A stretch of 64,000 bases of DNA from Polyangiaceae bacterium (GCA_044376115.1 JBILLK010000007.1:192001-256000), one strand, 5' to 3'. Shown: positions 8,596 through 18,996, counted from the stretch's first letter. Notes: generated by a model not told the origin, from the letters alone. Program-made: numbers and translations.

Positions 8596-11500
8596 CTAGC
8601 GCTCCGTTACCGTGCCCAAGTCCACATCCCCCCGATCCGATTGGATCACGAAGGGCCGGTCTTCGATGCGGATATTGCCTTTGCCGTCGTGCCGCACGAC
8701 CTGAAGTTTGCCCATACCGAAGCCCATCACGCCACGGGAGTAGTAGTTGGCCCGCAGCTGGTAGGGAAAGCCCCGCGCTGCACCGGGGATCACGAAGCCC
8801 TCCGGTCCGTAGCCGGTGGTCACGTCGGCAACCAACGCGCCGCCGGAGGCGAGCTCCTTGTGCTGGTAGCTCGCGTGCTCACCAAACGCGTCGGTTACGT
8901 GCAGGTCCACGTCGTTGGCGTCGGTCTCCCACGAAAGCACGAAGCGGATGCTCGGCGTCTCGTCGACGGTGAGCTGCAGGCGCGTGAGGCGAGCTCGAAT
9001 AGCCTCTGCCTGCTCCGGGGCTTTGCGCAGCCACGCGGCGGCGACCACGGCGGCGTCCTGCCGCAGTACCGTGAGAACGCCCGCATAGCGGCCTTCCGGG
9101 AGCTGCATCGTCAAGGCCTTCTCCAACGTCTCGAAGGCGCGCGACGGCTCTCCAGCTTTGAGCTGTGCGTACGCGAGCAAGCGATGGCCAGAGGGATGGT
9201 CCGGTCGGTCGAGTACGGCTGAAGCCAGCGCCACCTCGGCGACGTCGAGCGCAGCCTCGGTACCAACGCGCTCGAGCCGTTGAGCCGCGAAGCGTTTCAT
9301 CTCGACGCGATACGACCAAAGATCGAGCAACGATCCATAGGCTCGCGCTGCCAGCCGTGGCCGCCCGGTCGCCTCGGCCGCTTCGCCGACGGCCACGAAG
9401 GCGAGCACCTCGGTCGGGGAGTCGGCCGAGTAGCGGAGGGCCTCCTCGAGCGCAGCCTCGCCCTGCTTTTCCGCGAGCTGATCCATCACCCGCTTGAAGC
9501 GGCCCGTAAAGGGACTCAAAGGAACGGCCGGGTCGGGCGTTGCGACTTGGGGCGGCGCCTGGATCGCGGCCGGAGGTGCTGCGGCGACCCCATCCGATGG
9601 CCCGATATTGTTGAACGAGCCGTCGGGGCTGAGCATGATCGGGAACACCACATTGACGCTCCCCACCTCGGGCTCTGGGAAGCGCAACCCCATGAACGCG
9701 CGCGCGATGCAACTCTCGACTGCGGATGAGTCAAGGGTGGTGGATTGAACCTGCGCGTTGTGCGTGGTGCCGTCGGGGCCAATCGTGAACTTGACGCTGA
9801 CACGACCCGCAAGGGTTGGCCGCTCCCTCAATCCCCGCTCGTAGCAGAGTCGGAATCGGCCAAAGTTCTGTCGTACGATTCGTTGAATCACTTCGGGCGG
9901 AAGCCGCCCAGAGACCGAGGTCCCACCCATACGGAGCGAGGGCCGCGGGCTTTGATGTGCGCCGTTCAGTTGGCCCGCGCCAGCGCCGAACCCAGCGCCA
10001 TGCCCGATGGTGCCGATGTTACCGAGCCCGATGCCTTCTCCGCGCCCACCACCGCCTTCAGCGACGCCGCTCAAGCCCAGGCCGCCGGCGCCTAACGCGT
10101 CGCCAACCTCGCTACCCCAAAGGTTACCGCTCGCCGATACCGGCTCGTCGGTAGGTGGCGTACCCCAAGGGGCCGTGGGCCCGAGTGGATCGGCTTGCGA
10201 AGGCAGCGAAGGCAGGCGTGCGACAGTCCCTGGTTTGTCGCCAAGGTCGACGCGGCTGCCGCGCTCGGTTCGGATGACGTTGCCGTCTACCACCAGCACA
10301 TCGACGGTGGCCGTGCGGTCAATGCCAAAGCGGGCGTAATCGTCGTTGCGCTCGAGTACCACCATCGCAGTCTGCTTGGAGAGCACGCGATGCTTGGTCG
10401 AGAGGTTGATGATGCGCTTCTTGACGTTCTCGTCCTGCGTGGCCTCACGCTCCAAGTCGGCGATCTCGACCACGGCCTGCGCGCGTTCCAAGAGCTGCTT
10501 GGAATTGGACGGCGTTACCGCGACCACCCGTCGTTCATCACCCACCTTCACCGTGAGGCTGTCTCCGCTGAGCGCTTGGTCGAGTTTGGCAAAGACAACG
10601 AACTCGTCACCAGGCAGCGCGCCGCTAAGAGTCTTCGGCGATTGCCAGTTAGCGCCGGCGATCGCGAGCTTCAGGTCGGGCAGCGGCTTCTGCGAAAGCT
10701 TGCGTGCAAGTAGGCCCGGGTCATTCGCGAGGTCGAGGGCGATCCCGTTCTCGGCGCCACCCTCGGTGAGGCCGGCGAGGATGGCCCCGTCGCGCAGTCC
10801 ACCAATCGCGAGCGTATCGATCCTGCGTACGCCCGCTTGTTTCAGGCCGTTCGCGATCACACCGAGTTCAGCGGCCGAGGCCGCGCCGCTGGAGGCGATG
10901 CCGTCGGAGAGCACCACCACGCGCGAGAGCTGCAGCGGGCGCGCCGCGTCTTTGGCGAACGCGATGGCTTTGCCGACGTCGCTCGCCCCCAATGCCTGCC
11001 GACGTCGCAGCCCCTCGACGGCGGCCTCATCGAAGGCGCTCGCGTTGCCATTGAACAAGAGGTCCACCTCTTGATCGAAGGCAGCCACGGCGATGTGCGC
11101 GTCGCTTGGAAACGCCCGTATCAACGCCTGAAGTTGCTTCAGCTCGAGTTCAAGATCGAGGGCACGGCCGGCGCTCGTGTCCACCAGGAAGAGCACGTCT
11201 GCGAGCGGATCGGTCGTGGCTGCGCCCTCCGGAACGACCCCGCGCACGACCACCATGTCGCTATGAAAGACGCCGAGCTCTCGCTTCAGCGAGCCGGCTG
11301 GAAGGACGAGGTCCGAGCTGGGTTGGAACTGCGTTTCGGTGCGGCCAAGCAGCAGTTTGCCGTTCGCGCTGACGCTCACGTTCAGCTCTCCAACTTTGGG
11401 CAAGCCAGCCAGCCGAATTCGCAGCGGGTGCGCCTCGTCAATCACCTCGGCATAGGTGATCACCAACTCCTTTTTTGCCTTTCCGGGAATGGGAAAGACC

Positions 11501-12021
11501 CGTGCAGAGAACTGATTGCCGGCGCCTTGTTCGAGCAAGGCCGGGTCTTTGCGTTGGTGAAGAAAGCTCTCGTAGCTCTGGCGGGCGCGCTGCTTCTCGA
11601 CGACTTCGCCTTCCTGCCAAACGCCCTCGATCTTCATCGCGAAGCGGCTGACTGAGGCGCCCTCGGGTAGGGTGATCGCGAAACGGCCCTCGCGGACGCG
11701 GTCTTCGGGGTTCTCGAAGGAGAGCGCGAGTTCGGTGAGCGCGAGCGGCCCCTCGACGACCGTTCGCGAGCGCATCGAGGCGAGTGTGAGACCGCTGCCG
11801 TCGGAGGAGGTGAGGGCGAAGGGAGCCTCCGTTTTGCTGCCGCGCTTCACGGCTGGGGGCGGAGCCTCGCTCGCGAGGGAGGCCGGAATTGCCAACGGTT
11901 CGTTGGCAGATGCTCTTGGGTGGCCCAGGGTGGGGGAGCTCGAGGGCGGTGCATCCAAGACCGAACAGGCGCCTTGAAGGGCGAGGAGAAGCAGCGGGCC
12001 GTAGGTTCGACGAGGGCGCAT
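8596..12021 (-). CDS. Lipoprotein with VIT + vWA + AgmX/PglI (TonB-C-like) + TPR + YfaP/DUF2135-like domains
   Basis: Lipobox LALQGAC; VIT (LALTELALSFENP..EGRFAITLP..DPALLEQ); vWA (FLVDTS..VVVLSDG); GRLPPEVIQRIVRQNFGRFRLCYERGL..GRVSVKFTI; C-terminal FVLSWETDANDVDLHV..DVTTGYGPE. Confidence 0.85.
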   Translation of the reverse strand: MRPRRTYGPLLLLALQGACSVLDAPPSSSPTLGHPRASANEPLAIPASLASEAPPPAVKRGSKTEAPFALTSSDGSGLTLASMRSRTVVEGPLALTELALSFENPEDRVREGRFAITLPEGASVSRFAMKIEGVWQEGEVVEKQRARQSYESFLHQRKDPALLEQGAGNQFSARVFPIPGKAKKELVITYAEVIDEAHPLRIRLAGLPKVGELNVSVSANGKLLLGRTETQFQPSSDLVLPAGSLKRELGVFHSDMVVVRGVVPEGAATTDPLADVLFLVDTSAGRALDLELELKQLQALIRAFPSDAHIAVAAFDQEVDLLFNGNASAFDEAAVEGLRRRQALGASDVGKAIAFAKDAARPLQLSRVVVLSDGIASSGAASAAELGVIANGLKQAGVRRIDTLAIGGLRDGAILAGLTEGGAENGIALDLANDPGLLARKLSQKPLPDLKLAIAGANWQSPKTLSGALPGDEFVVFAKLDQALSGDSLTVKVGDERRVVAVTPSNSKQLLERAQAVVEIADLEREATQDENVKKRIINLSTKHRVLSKQTAMVVLERNDDYARFGIDRTATVDVLVVDGNVIRTERGSRVDLGDKPGTVARLPSLPSQADPLGPTAPWGTPPTDEPVSASGNLWGSEVGDALGAGGLGLSGVAEGGGGRGEGIGLGNIGTIGHGAGFGAGAGQLNGAHQSPRPSLRMGGTSVSGRLPPEVIQRIVRQNFGRFRLCYERGLRERPTLAGRVSVKFTIGPDGTTHNAQVQSTTLDSSAVESCIARAFMGLRFPEPEVGSVNVVFPIMLSPDGSFNNIGPSDGVAAAPPAAIQAPPQVATPDPAVPLSPFTGRFKRVMDQLAEKQGEAALEEALRYSADSPTEVLAFVAVGEAAEATGRPRLAARAYGSLLDLWSYRVEMKRFAAQRLERVGTEAALDVAEVALASAVLDRPDHPSGHRLLAYAQLKAGEPSRAFETLEKALTMQLPEGRYAGVLTVLRQDAAVVAAAWLRKAPEQAEAIRARLTRLQLTVDETPSIRFVLSWETDANDVDLHVTDAFGEHASYQHKELASGGALVADVTTGYGPEGFVIPGAARGFPYQLRANYYSRGVMGFGMGKLQVVRHDGKGNIRIEDRPFVIQSDRGDVDLGTVTER

Positions 12022-12088
12022 GGGGGGCTATGACCTCCAAACTCGGGGAAGGTTCCCGCAAGCTGAAAAGCATGCGTACGCTCCCGGC

Positions 12089-12523
12089 ATGTCGCTTGAC
12101 GCTAGCTCTCGGGCGCTGCTCCTCCCGGTCGCCGCGCTGGTCGCGTGGACCTTTGTCATGTGGACGTGGATGTACGTCACGCGGATCCCAGCCATCTTGA
12201 GCGCCAAGATGAAGCTCGATCCAACGGCCCCGCGGGGCGAGCAGATGGCGCAGCTACCACCGCACGTGCGCTGGAAGGCCGACAACTACAACCATCTGAT
12301 GGAGATGCCGACGCTGTTCTACGCCATCGCCATCGTGATGGCGCTCTCCGGTGGGGCGACCGCGAGCGACGCGTTGATCGCTTGGGCCTACGTCGGCCTG
12401 CGCGTGATTCACAGCGTCTTGCAAGCCACCGTGAACAAGATCGAAGTGCGATTTAGCCTGTTCTTGCTCTCCTCGATCGTGCTCATCGTGCTGACCGTGC
12501 GCACGCTGCTCGTGCTGGTTTGA
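12089..12523 (+). CDS. MAPEG family membrane protein
   Basis: Four hydrophobic segments; WKADNYNHLMEMPTLFY and AWAYVGLRVIHS motifs. Confidence 0.85.
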   Translation: MSLDASSRALLLPVAALVAWTFVMWTWMYVTRIPAILSAKMKLDPTAPRGEQMAQLPPHVRWKADNYNHLMEMPTLFYAIAIVMALSGGATASDALIAWAYVGLRVIHSVLQATVNKIEVRFSLFLLSSIVLIVLTVRTLLVLV

Positions 12524-12571
12524 CCGGGCGGGTCGCGCAAAGGCCGCGCGCCTACCCAAGCCGTGACCCGT

Positions 12572-14070
12572 TCAGAAGGGCTCGTAGCCGTCGTCGAGCC
12601 CGGGCTTCTCGCGCAGCGTGCTTCTTGCCGTTCGTTTGCGCGGCTGGGCAGGGGGAGGCGAGGGTTGGCGAGTGCCCGGTGGCTGTCTTTGAGCCGCGTT
12701 TCCATCTGCGGTGCGGAACTTCTCCACCAACTGCGAGAGCGCTTCGGCTTGCGATCGCATCTCCATGGCCGTGGCGGTCAATTCCTCCGAGGCGGTCGCG
12801 TTTCGCTGCGTTACCTCGTCGACCAACACGATCGCTCGCGTCATCTGCGTGACGCCCGCCGACTGCTCGGTGCTCGCGACCGAGACCTCTTGCACCAGCG
12901 CTGCCGTCTCGCGGATCGCCGGTGCCAGCGCCGCGAGCTCCGCTCCGCTCGACTCGGCGACTTGAACGCTGGTACGCGCAACCTCGGCGATCTCTTTGGC
13001 GGCCAGCTGGCTGCGCTCGGCGAGGCGACGCACCTCGCCAGCGACGACCGCGAAGCCGCGCCCGTGATCGCCCGCGCGCGCAGCCTCGATCGCGGCGTTC
13101 AAGGCGAGCAGATTGGTCTGGTAAGCGATGTCCTGAACGATCGAAATTTTGTCGGCGATCAAGCGCATCATCTTGAGCGTCTCTTCGCTAGCGACGAGGC
13201 ACTTTTGTGCTTCGGCGGCGCCGCCCTTCGCCATCGTTCCCATCTTCTTCGCGTTGGTAGAGGTCTCGTGGATCGAGGCTGAAAGCTCTTCCAGACTTGC
13301 GCTGGTCTCTTGCATCGACGCTGCCTGCTGGCTGGTTCCATCGCTGAGCAGCTGCGCTGATTGCGAGACCTGCCCAGACACGACGACCACCTGGTTGGCG
13401 TGGGCGCGAACCTCGTCGATCATTGTGCCCAGCGTCTCGACGAAGCTGTCGAAGTCCCGGCTGAGTGCGCCGATTTCATCCTGCCCCAAGGCGCCGATGC
13501 GCTTCGTCAGGTCCCCCTCACCGCGGGCCATCGCGCCGAGCGCGCCGGCCACGCGCTGGAGCGGCCTTGTGATCGAGCGAGCCACAGCTAGGGACAACGC
13601 AACCACCAAGAGCAAGCCGACCGCGGCTGTGGGCAGCGTCACACGAACCATCCGCTGCGTTGACTCTCGCTCCGCTGCGAGCGCCCCTGAAATCTGAGTG
13701 CGTTGCCGCAGTTCAAGGTCGCGAATCACCTTGATGGCCTCGGCGTAGGCGTTGTCCATGTTGGCCATTTCGTTGCCGGCCTGCGTGGTCGCACGAGAAG
13801 TGGCGTCGCTATCGCGTGCCTTCTCTGCGAGCTCTTTCTGCTTGGCCGCCTCGAACACGGCCAGGGCGTAGCCGGTCATCCGTTTGGTCTGCTCCTTTGC
13901 CTCGAGCTGGCCGGCGAGCGAGCCAGCGTCACCGGCAAAGGCTTCGCTGACGCGGGCTTCGGCACGGTCGTACTCTGCGCGGAAAGACTGAAGGTTGGCG
14001 CTCTCGGTTGCGTAGTCTCAACTCTGCAACACGTCGTTGCCGGGACTATCGAGGTTGGTGACGGCTGCAC
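12572..14070 (-). pseudogene. Methyl-accepting chemotaxis protein, 5'-truncated with an in-frame stop (downstream ORF 12572-13879)
   Basis: TM2, [44 protein letters not shown] and a C-terminal GYEPF pentapeptide. The same frame extends upstream through TGA 14018-14020 ([15 protein letters not shown]); no TM1 or true start. Confidence 0.75.
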
Positions 14071-14349
14071 TCCCCCAAAAACTCTCGCTACCAGCGCCGC
14101 CGTCCCCGTGGCGAGCTGCAGCTGTTGAATCAATAATCGCGTCGCCGAGTCGGCAAAGCGCCCCTCCGACCCCTCGCCAGCGTAACGCGGCAGCAGCGCA
14201 TGTGTCATCCCGCCAAGGCCGGTTCGTGGATCCCACAAGCACGCCGCAACACACGACCCGAGGATCGTGATCAACGTCTGCCCCCCCCTCACAACGCGAG
14301 GCGGGTCCCCCGGTTGGACGTACACCACCAAACCGAACTCTAACGGCAA
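14071..14349 (-). pseudogene. cheD: Chemoreceptor glutamine deamidase CheD, N-terminal fragment
   Basis: YVQPG..TILGSCVAACLWDPRTGLGGMTHALLP..GRFAD..ARVFGG; CheD similarity ends abruptly after VFGG. Confidence 0.75.
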
Positions 14350-14379
14350 CTCGCGCGGAATTGAACATCGCTGCAGAGT

Positions 14380-14922
14380 TCAGGGAACGTTGAGTTTGAC
14401 GCGGATACTCTGGCAGCCGTCAGGCTGGTCCTCATCAAACCCTAGCTGCAAGTAGATCGGGTTCGCGTTGGAGCCGCCGTTGTGCGGCGAGTACTCAGCG
14501 GCAAACGTGTCTTTGCGGGGCAGCTTCTTTTCAACGCAGCCGATGCGCGCGTTTTCGACGAATCTCTCGGCGCCATCGACCCACCAACCGCCGGCGCAAA
14601 TTTGGTCTTGCGAACTATCGTTCACCAGCTCGGCAGAGAGCTCGATCTTTGATGGGTCCTTCGAGAAGGTGAAGGGCCCGAAGTAGACCCTCCCTTTGCA
14701 CGGGACGCTGACCTCTACGGGCTTTCCTTTCACCAACTCTTTGGCGTTGGCGCTGGAGCTGCCGCTCTTGTCGCCAGCCCCCGGAGCCCCCGCGACGGAC
14801 GAGGAAGGCTTGCCCGAGTTCGGCGGTTGGGCGGAGCTGGAGGAAGAGTTTTGGCTCGTGCTCGCCTTCGAGCCACAGGCGAACGCAAGGCACGCCAGGG
14901 CCGACAGAATGAATCTCCCCAT
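14380..14922 (-). CDS. Hypothetical lipoprotein
   Basis: MGRFILSALACLAFAC lipobox, Ser-rich linker, Cys-containing beta domain. Confidence 0.75.
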   Translation of the reverse strand: MGRFILSALACLAFACGSKASTSQNSSSSSAQPPNSGKPSSSVAGAPGAGDKSGSSSANAKELVKGKPVEVSVPCKGRVYFGPFTFSKDPSKIELSAELVNDSSQDQICAGGWWVDGAERFVENARIGCVEKKLPRKDTFAAEYSPHNGGSNANPIYLQLGFDEDQPDGCQSIRVKLNVP

Positions 14923-14978
14923 GCGGCGGAGGGTACCCACGAGCCGTAAGTCAGAGCAAGGTCGCTAGAAATCTGCTG

Positions 14979-15014
14979 TTGGCACCGCGGTTTGCGCCGC
15001 TGCCTCGGTGCCAA
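14979..15014. terminator. Hairpin downstream of the doxX-like gene
   Basis: TTGGCACCGCGG..CCTCGGTGCCAA 12-bp stem, 1 mismatch; no clear U-tract. Confidence 0.35.
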
Positions 15015-15024
15015 GAGCGCCGTT

Positions 15025-15462
15025 TCAACTCTTGAAGAGTCGGTGGTCGAGCGAGAGCTTTCCGGGGCCGCTCACGGCCAAGAAAACCATCACCACCGCG
15101 AGCAGGGATGGGTACTCAAAGCCCACGCCGCCCCCCGTGCCCAGCTGCTTGATCTGATGTGCGTGGGTGCTGAGCACGGCCACCAGCATGGTGACGGTGA
15201 GGCTTGCCGCTGCTGGCCGAACCACGAGACCGACGGCGACGAGGAGCCCACCAAGTAGCTCTGCCAAGGTTGCGCTCCACGCCATTGCCGAAGGCAGCGG
15301 GAAACCTTTGTCGGCGAGCCCCGTTGCGAAGTTTGCGACTCCGCCACGGAGCTTGCTCAGCCCGTGCAGCGCAAGGTAACCGCCCGACGTTAGTCGAAGA
15401 GCGAGCAGGGCGAGATCGTCGAGCAGCGCAGACCGCGCGGTGAGCAGCTTCATAGTCTCCAT
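15025..15462 (-). CDS. DoxX family membrane protein
   Basis: LALRL..HGLSKL..AELLGGLLVAVGLVVRPAA..GFEYP..GPGKLSLD; the start may be ATG 15453 (GGAG RBS). Confidence 0.9.
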   Translation of the reverse strand: METMKLLTARSALLDDLALLALRLTSGGYLALHGLSKLRGGVANFATGLADKGFPLPSAMAWSATLAELLGGLLVAVGLVVRPAAASLTVTMLVAVLSTHAHQIKQLGTGGGVGFEYPSLLAVVMVFLAVSGPGKLSLDHRLFKS

Positions 15463-15519
15463 GTAGCACGAGCGCCCTGCGGGCTCGCAGGCGCTGAAGA
15501 ACGACGTCGCGGAGGGCGC

Positions 15520-16110
15520 TCAGCAATACGCGCCGACCAGCTTCAGCGGCTTCTTTGACTTGACGATCTCGGCGAGCTTCGCTTCGCTCAGGCGCAGCCC
15601 TACCGAGGAGTCTTCCGACGAGGTCGTCAGCAAATACTCGTCGTCGGTCGAGCCGAGGAACAGGGTGGCGACAGCCCAGCCTGCCGGCGCGAGGAACACG
15701 CCCGTCGGTGGGCCCTCCTCCTCGTCAAGCTCCTCCTCGGGGTCGAGCGCGAGGCCGTGTTCGCTCTCGAGTGCGGCCCAATAGCCTTGCGGAATGCGCG
15801 CGGCGGCCGTGAGATCGAGCAGCGACTTATCGACCGTTACAGGTTTGCCTCCCTCCTTCGCCGAGGCCAACAGGACTCCCGCGTAGAAGCAGTCTCCGGC
15901 CGCGTTTGCGTCGTCTTCTCCGGCCGGGCCGGGGCTCACGAACACCAACGGGAGCTCGCTCTTCGTTCGCCAGGTCGCGGTCGTTTCATGGATGGCCTTC
16001 ACCTCCTCGACGGTTAGGTCGCGACGGAAACGCTGCCCGAGGAGCAACGTACCGAACTGACCTGGGTCTACGCCGAACCGAGGAACCGAACTCGTCTTCT
16101 TGGCTGCCAT
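15520..16110 (-). CDS. Hypothetical protein
   Basis: AAGGAG RBS before ATG 16110 (MAAKKTSS); the frame stays open upstream to 16305. Confidence 0.7.
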   Translation of the reverse strand: MAAKKTSSVPRFGVDPGQFGTLLLGQRFRRDLTVEEVKAIHETTATWRTKSELPLVFVSPGPAGEDDANAAGDCFYAGVLLASAKEGGKPVTVDKSLLDLTAAARIPQGYWAALESEHGLALDPEEELDEEEGPPTGVFLAPAGWAVATLFLGSTDDEYLLTTSSEDSSVGLRLSEAKLAEIVKSKKPLKLVGAYC

Positions 16111-16441
16111 GCGATGCTCCTTGGGCAGGGTAGCTAGGGCACCACGTAGCTCACGGCCATTCATACTTTCGGTCACGTCGTTGAAGCTCTCGTGGCTGCC
16201 AATCCAGGCCACGAGGATGCTGTCCTCGCGACAGCGCTCGGCGTCGGCGTGCAGGTAAACCGTGAAGGTGACGCCATCGGCTTCGTAGGTTGCCGTACTT
16301 GCCATTCGCTCGGCATTGGATCTGACCCCTGCCGAACAACCCCACCGTTCTGGGGATCATGTGGCGATCGCGAAAGTAGGCGCACCGCCGGGCACAAATC
16401 CGACGCTCCATCCGCGGTCTTCATCCGTCCAAGCAGGCTCG

Positions 16442-17581
16442 ATGAAGACCGCCTGCTTTTCTCTCCTGGCTCTGCTGCTGGTCTCCTGCAGCTCGCGTGC
16501 GCGCTCGCCCCAACTTGCGCAGTCGCCTGAACCCGTCGTCACCGGACCGCTGAGGCCGCTCGCGCCGCCGAGCCCGCTGGCGCTGCTGATCAGCTCCACG
16601 CAGACCGTCGCTCGGCAGCTCTCGACCATTCAATGCCCACCCCCCGGGTTGCCACCGGAGCTGGCGGCCAAGGTCGACTGTGCAGCGATGAAGCCGTTCG
16701 AGGAGGCGACGCAGTGGGTGCCACGCGAGGTGCCTCCAGGCACGCTGCCGCCCGCTGTCGATCTGCGCGGGCATGGTCTGGTCGGGCCGGTGAAGAACCA
16801 GCTCGATATCGGGGCGTGTGCCGGCTTTGCGATGACGGCGGTGCTCGACAACGCGGCTCGTCGTCAGGGCCGTGCGGACGTGATTTCGCCCCTGCACGTG
16901 TTCGCGACCTATGCACCGACGCACGACGATTTTAGTCGCTCGCTGAAGGGTCGCTCGTTTGCCGCGGATGCGTCTTGGCCCTTCGATCCGGTGCGCGCTT
17001 GCTACTTTGCTCGCGACTACATGGGGACGACCTGCGTATCCAAATACGGCGTCTACCCCGAGAGCTCGGGCTCGGCGCCGTGGCTATTGGCTGAGCGTCA
17101 GCGCGCCGATGAGCAAGGGCGCTTGCGTATCTTGGGCTACGAGGAGATGCCGGTGACGCCCGATCAATGGGCGTTGGTGCTGGCGAGCGGAGAGGTCTTG
17201 TGGACGGCTTTCCACCACGATGAACCGGCTTGGAACTCGCTGTTCAATCCGGGCTCGACGCACATCCCGGTGCACGGTTTCGATCCAGCAGGCCTCTCGC
17301 ATGCCGTGGCGATGGTCGGCTATCGCACGACGCCGCAAGGGCGAGAGTTCTTGCTCCAGAACAGCTGGGGGTCGAGCTGGGGCATGGGCGGCTTCGCTTG
17401 GATCAGCGAGGCGATGGCGCTGGCAACCTTCAGTTACGGTTATCGCGTGCTCGTCGCCGATGCGAGCGTACCGCCGTTGCCGCGCTTCGATACGGCCAGC
17501 TTCCCGTTCCCAACCGAGGCTGCCAAGCCTTGGTTCGACGCAGCCGCGGCTCAATTGCCCGCCTGGCCTTTCAATCGCTAA
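16442..17581 (+). CDS. Papain-like C1 family cysteine peptidase, lipoprotein
   Basis: Lipobox LLVSC; VDLR..PVKNQLDIGACAGFA (Gln/Cys), HAVAMVGY (His), LQNSWGSSWGMGG (Asn). Confidence 0.92.
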   Translation: MKTACFSLLALLLVSCSSRARSPQLAQSPEPVVTGPLRPLAPPSPLALLISSTQTVARQLSTIQCPPPGLPPELAAKVDCAAMKPFEEATQWVPREVPPGTLPPAVDLRGHGLVGPVKNQLDIGACAGFAMTAVLDNAARRQGRADVISPLHVFATYAPTHDDFSRSLKGRSFAADASWPFDPVRACYFARDYMGTTCVSKYGVYPESSGSAPWLLAERQRADEQGRLRILGYEEMPVTPDQWALVLASGEVLWTAFHHDEPAWNSLFNPGSTHIPVHGFDPAGLSHAVAMVGYRTTPQGREFLLQNSWGSSWGMGGFAWISEAMALATFSYGYRVLVADASVPPLPRFDTASFPFPTEAAKPWFDAAAAQLPAWPFNR

Positions 17582-17589
17582 GGAGGCCT

Positions 17590-18996
17590 TCAGTCGGCGA
17601 CCGTCGCTCCTCGCTCGGTGGATTCGAGCTCCCGCCGTAGCCAGTCTCGCAACGCGGCGGGCTCGGTTTGCATGCCGCGTCGGAGCAGCTCGCCAACGAC
17701 CTCCTCGAGGTCGACGGCTTGGGGCTCTCCACCGGCGGAGTGGTGCCACACGAGGCCGCTCTCGCCGATGGCGGCGATCGCCCAGCTCTGACCGTTCGAA
17801 CCGAGCACCAGCGTGTCGCTGAGCGCGACCCCGAGGTCTCGCCGGTCCGCCCCCTGCATCAGCCAATCCCGGCCGCGCTCGCGCACGATGAAGAGATCAC
17901 GGCCTGGCCCAACGAGCTTGAGCGCTGCCGCCTTCGACCACGTGCCGAGCAGCGTTCCGTCGATCACCACCGCGCGACCTTCACCCTCTTGGGCGAGGAA
18001 GCCGATGCGACCGTCGCTGCCGATCCCAACCTCGGTGATGCGTTGAAACGGTGCTGCGGGTCCGTACGGCCTTCCATCAACGTGCAGCACGTCCCGACCG
18101 TTCGCGCGCGCGACATAGGCGACCGTAACGCCGTCCGCACCGATCGTGATCGCACGGTCCTTCACTTGTTCGTACGGTCCGAAGGCGATCCCGTCGATCA
18201 CCACGAACTCCTGCTCTCCGTTGCGCGCCCAAAACACGGTACGGCGCGCGCTGGTGAGGTGCACCTCTCCAAGTCGCTCATAAGGCTCGGAGCGTTCGAC
18301 GCCATCGTCCGCGAACCAGGCTTCATCGGTGCGCACGAGCGCAACCGCTCGATCGCTTTGTGCTGAGGCGTAGAGGCCGGCGACATCTTCGTAGGGGCCG
18401 AACAGGTCGGCGCCGCGCACGACGAAAGCCTGCGAGCCCCGCCGCGCGAAATAGGCGACTTGGCTGCGGGTCGCGGTCAGCCCGGAGACGCCGTCGAAGC
18501 AGCGATCGAGCCTGCCATCGACGACGACGCATGCCTTGTCACCGAGCTGGGCGACGTAGACCGAGCCTCCCGAGGGCGTGGAGAGCAACGAGCCCTCGAG
18601 GATGTTGTCGAACCAATCGTGCTGCAGCGTGCGCTGTGCGCCGATGATGTGGACGCGTGAACGGCTGTCGGCGACCTCGACCGCGGCGAGTGAGGTCGAA
18701 GCGAGCGGAACGAGCTCGGCGATCGAAGCGAACGGCCCAGCAACGACGCGACCCTCACGCAGGATGAAGGTGCCTTCGTCGTCGCTGGCTGCGTACACCA
18801 GCGAGCCCTCGCTGCTGCTCAGCGTCGAGCGAGCGATGCTCCGGAACGAGGCATGCTCCTCGCCGTCGACACGAACGAACTCCTCGCCGCAGCGGCTGAG
18901 CACGACGAGCTCACGTCCGGCTTGGTCGCGCCCACGATAGGCGGTTGCTTGGCAACCGCCGACGGCGATCGCCAGGGCAAGCAGCTGCAGCTTCAT
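17590..18996 (-). CDS. Lipoprotein with repeated beta-propeller-like (TolB/PD40-like) blades
   Basis: ATG overlaps the upstream stop (ATGA); lipobox AVGGC; repeats YVAQLGDKACVVVDG, YFARRGSQAFVVRG, FWARNGEQEFVVIDG, YVARANGRDVLHVDG, FLAQEGEGRAVVIDG. Confidence 0.75.
   Translation of the reverse strand: MKLQLLALAIAVGGCQATAYRGRDQAGRELVVLSRCGEEFVRVDGEEHASFRSIARSTLSSSEGSLVYAASDDEGTFILREGRVVAGPFASIAELVPLASTSLAAVEVADSRSRVHIIGAQRTLQHDWFDNILEGSLLSTPSGGSVYVAQLGDKACVVVDGRLDRCFDGVSGLTATRSQVAYFARRGSQAFVVRGADLFGPYEDVAGLYASAQSDRAVALVRTDEAWFADDGVERSEPYERLGEVHLTSARRTVFWARNGEQEFVVIDGIAFGPYEQVKDRAITIGADGVTVAYVARANGRDVLHVDGRPYGPAAPFQRITEVGIGSDGRIGFLAQEGEGRAVVIDGTLLGTWSKAAALKLVGPGRDLFIVRERGRDWLMQGADRRDLGVALSDTLVLGSNGQSWAIAAIGESGLVWHHSAGGEPQAVDLEEVVGELLRRGMQTEPAALRDWLRRELESTERGATVAD

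Noticed and set aside
14018..14020. In-frame TGA as selenocysteine or recoding
   Set aside because: It lies in an already decapitated MCP sensor region, and other genes here use TGA as a normal stop; a nonsense mutation is the simpler explanation.
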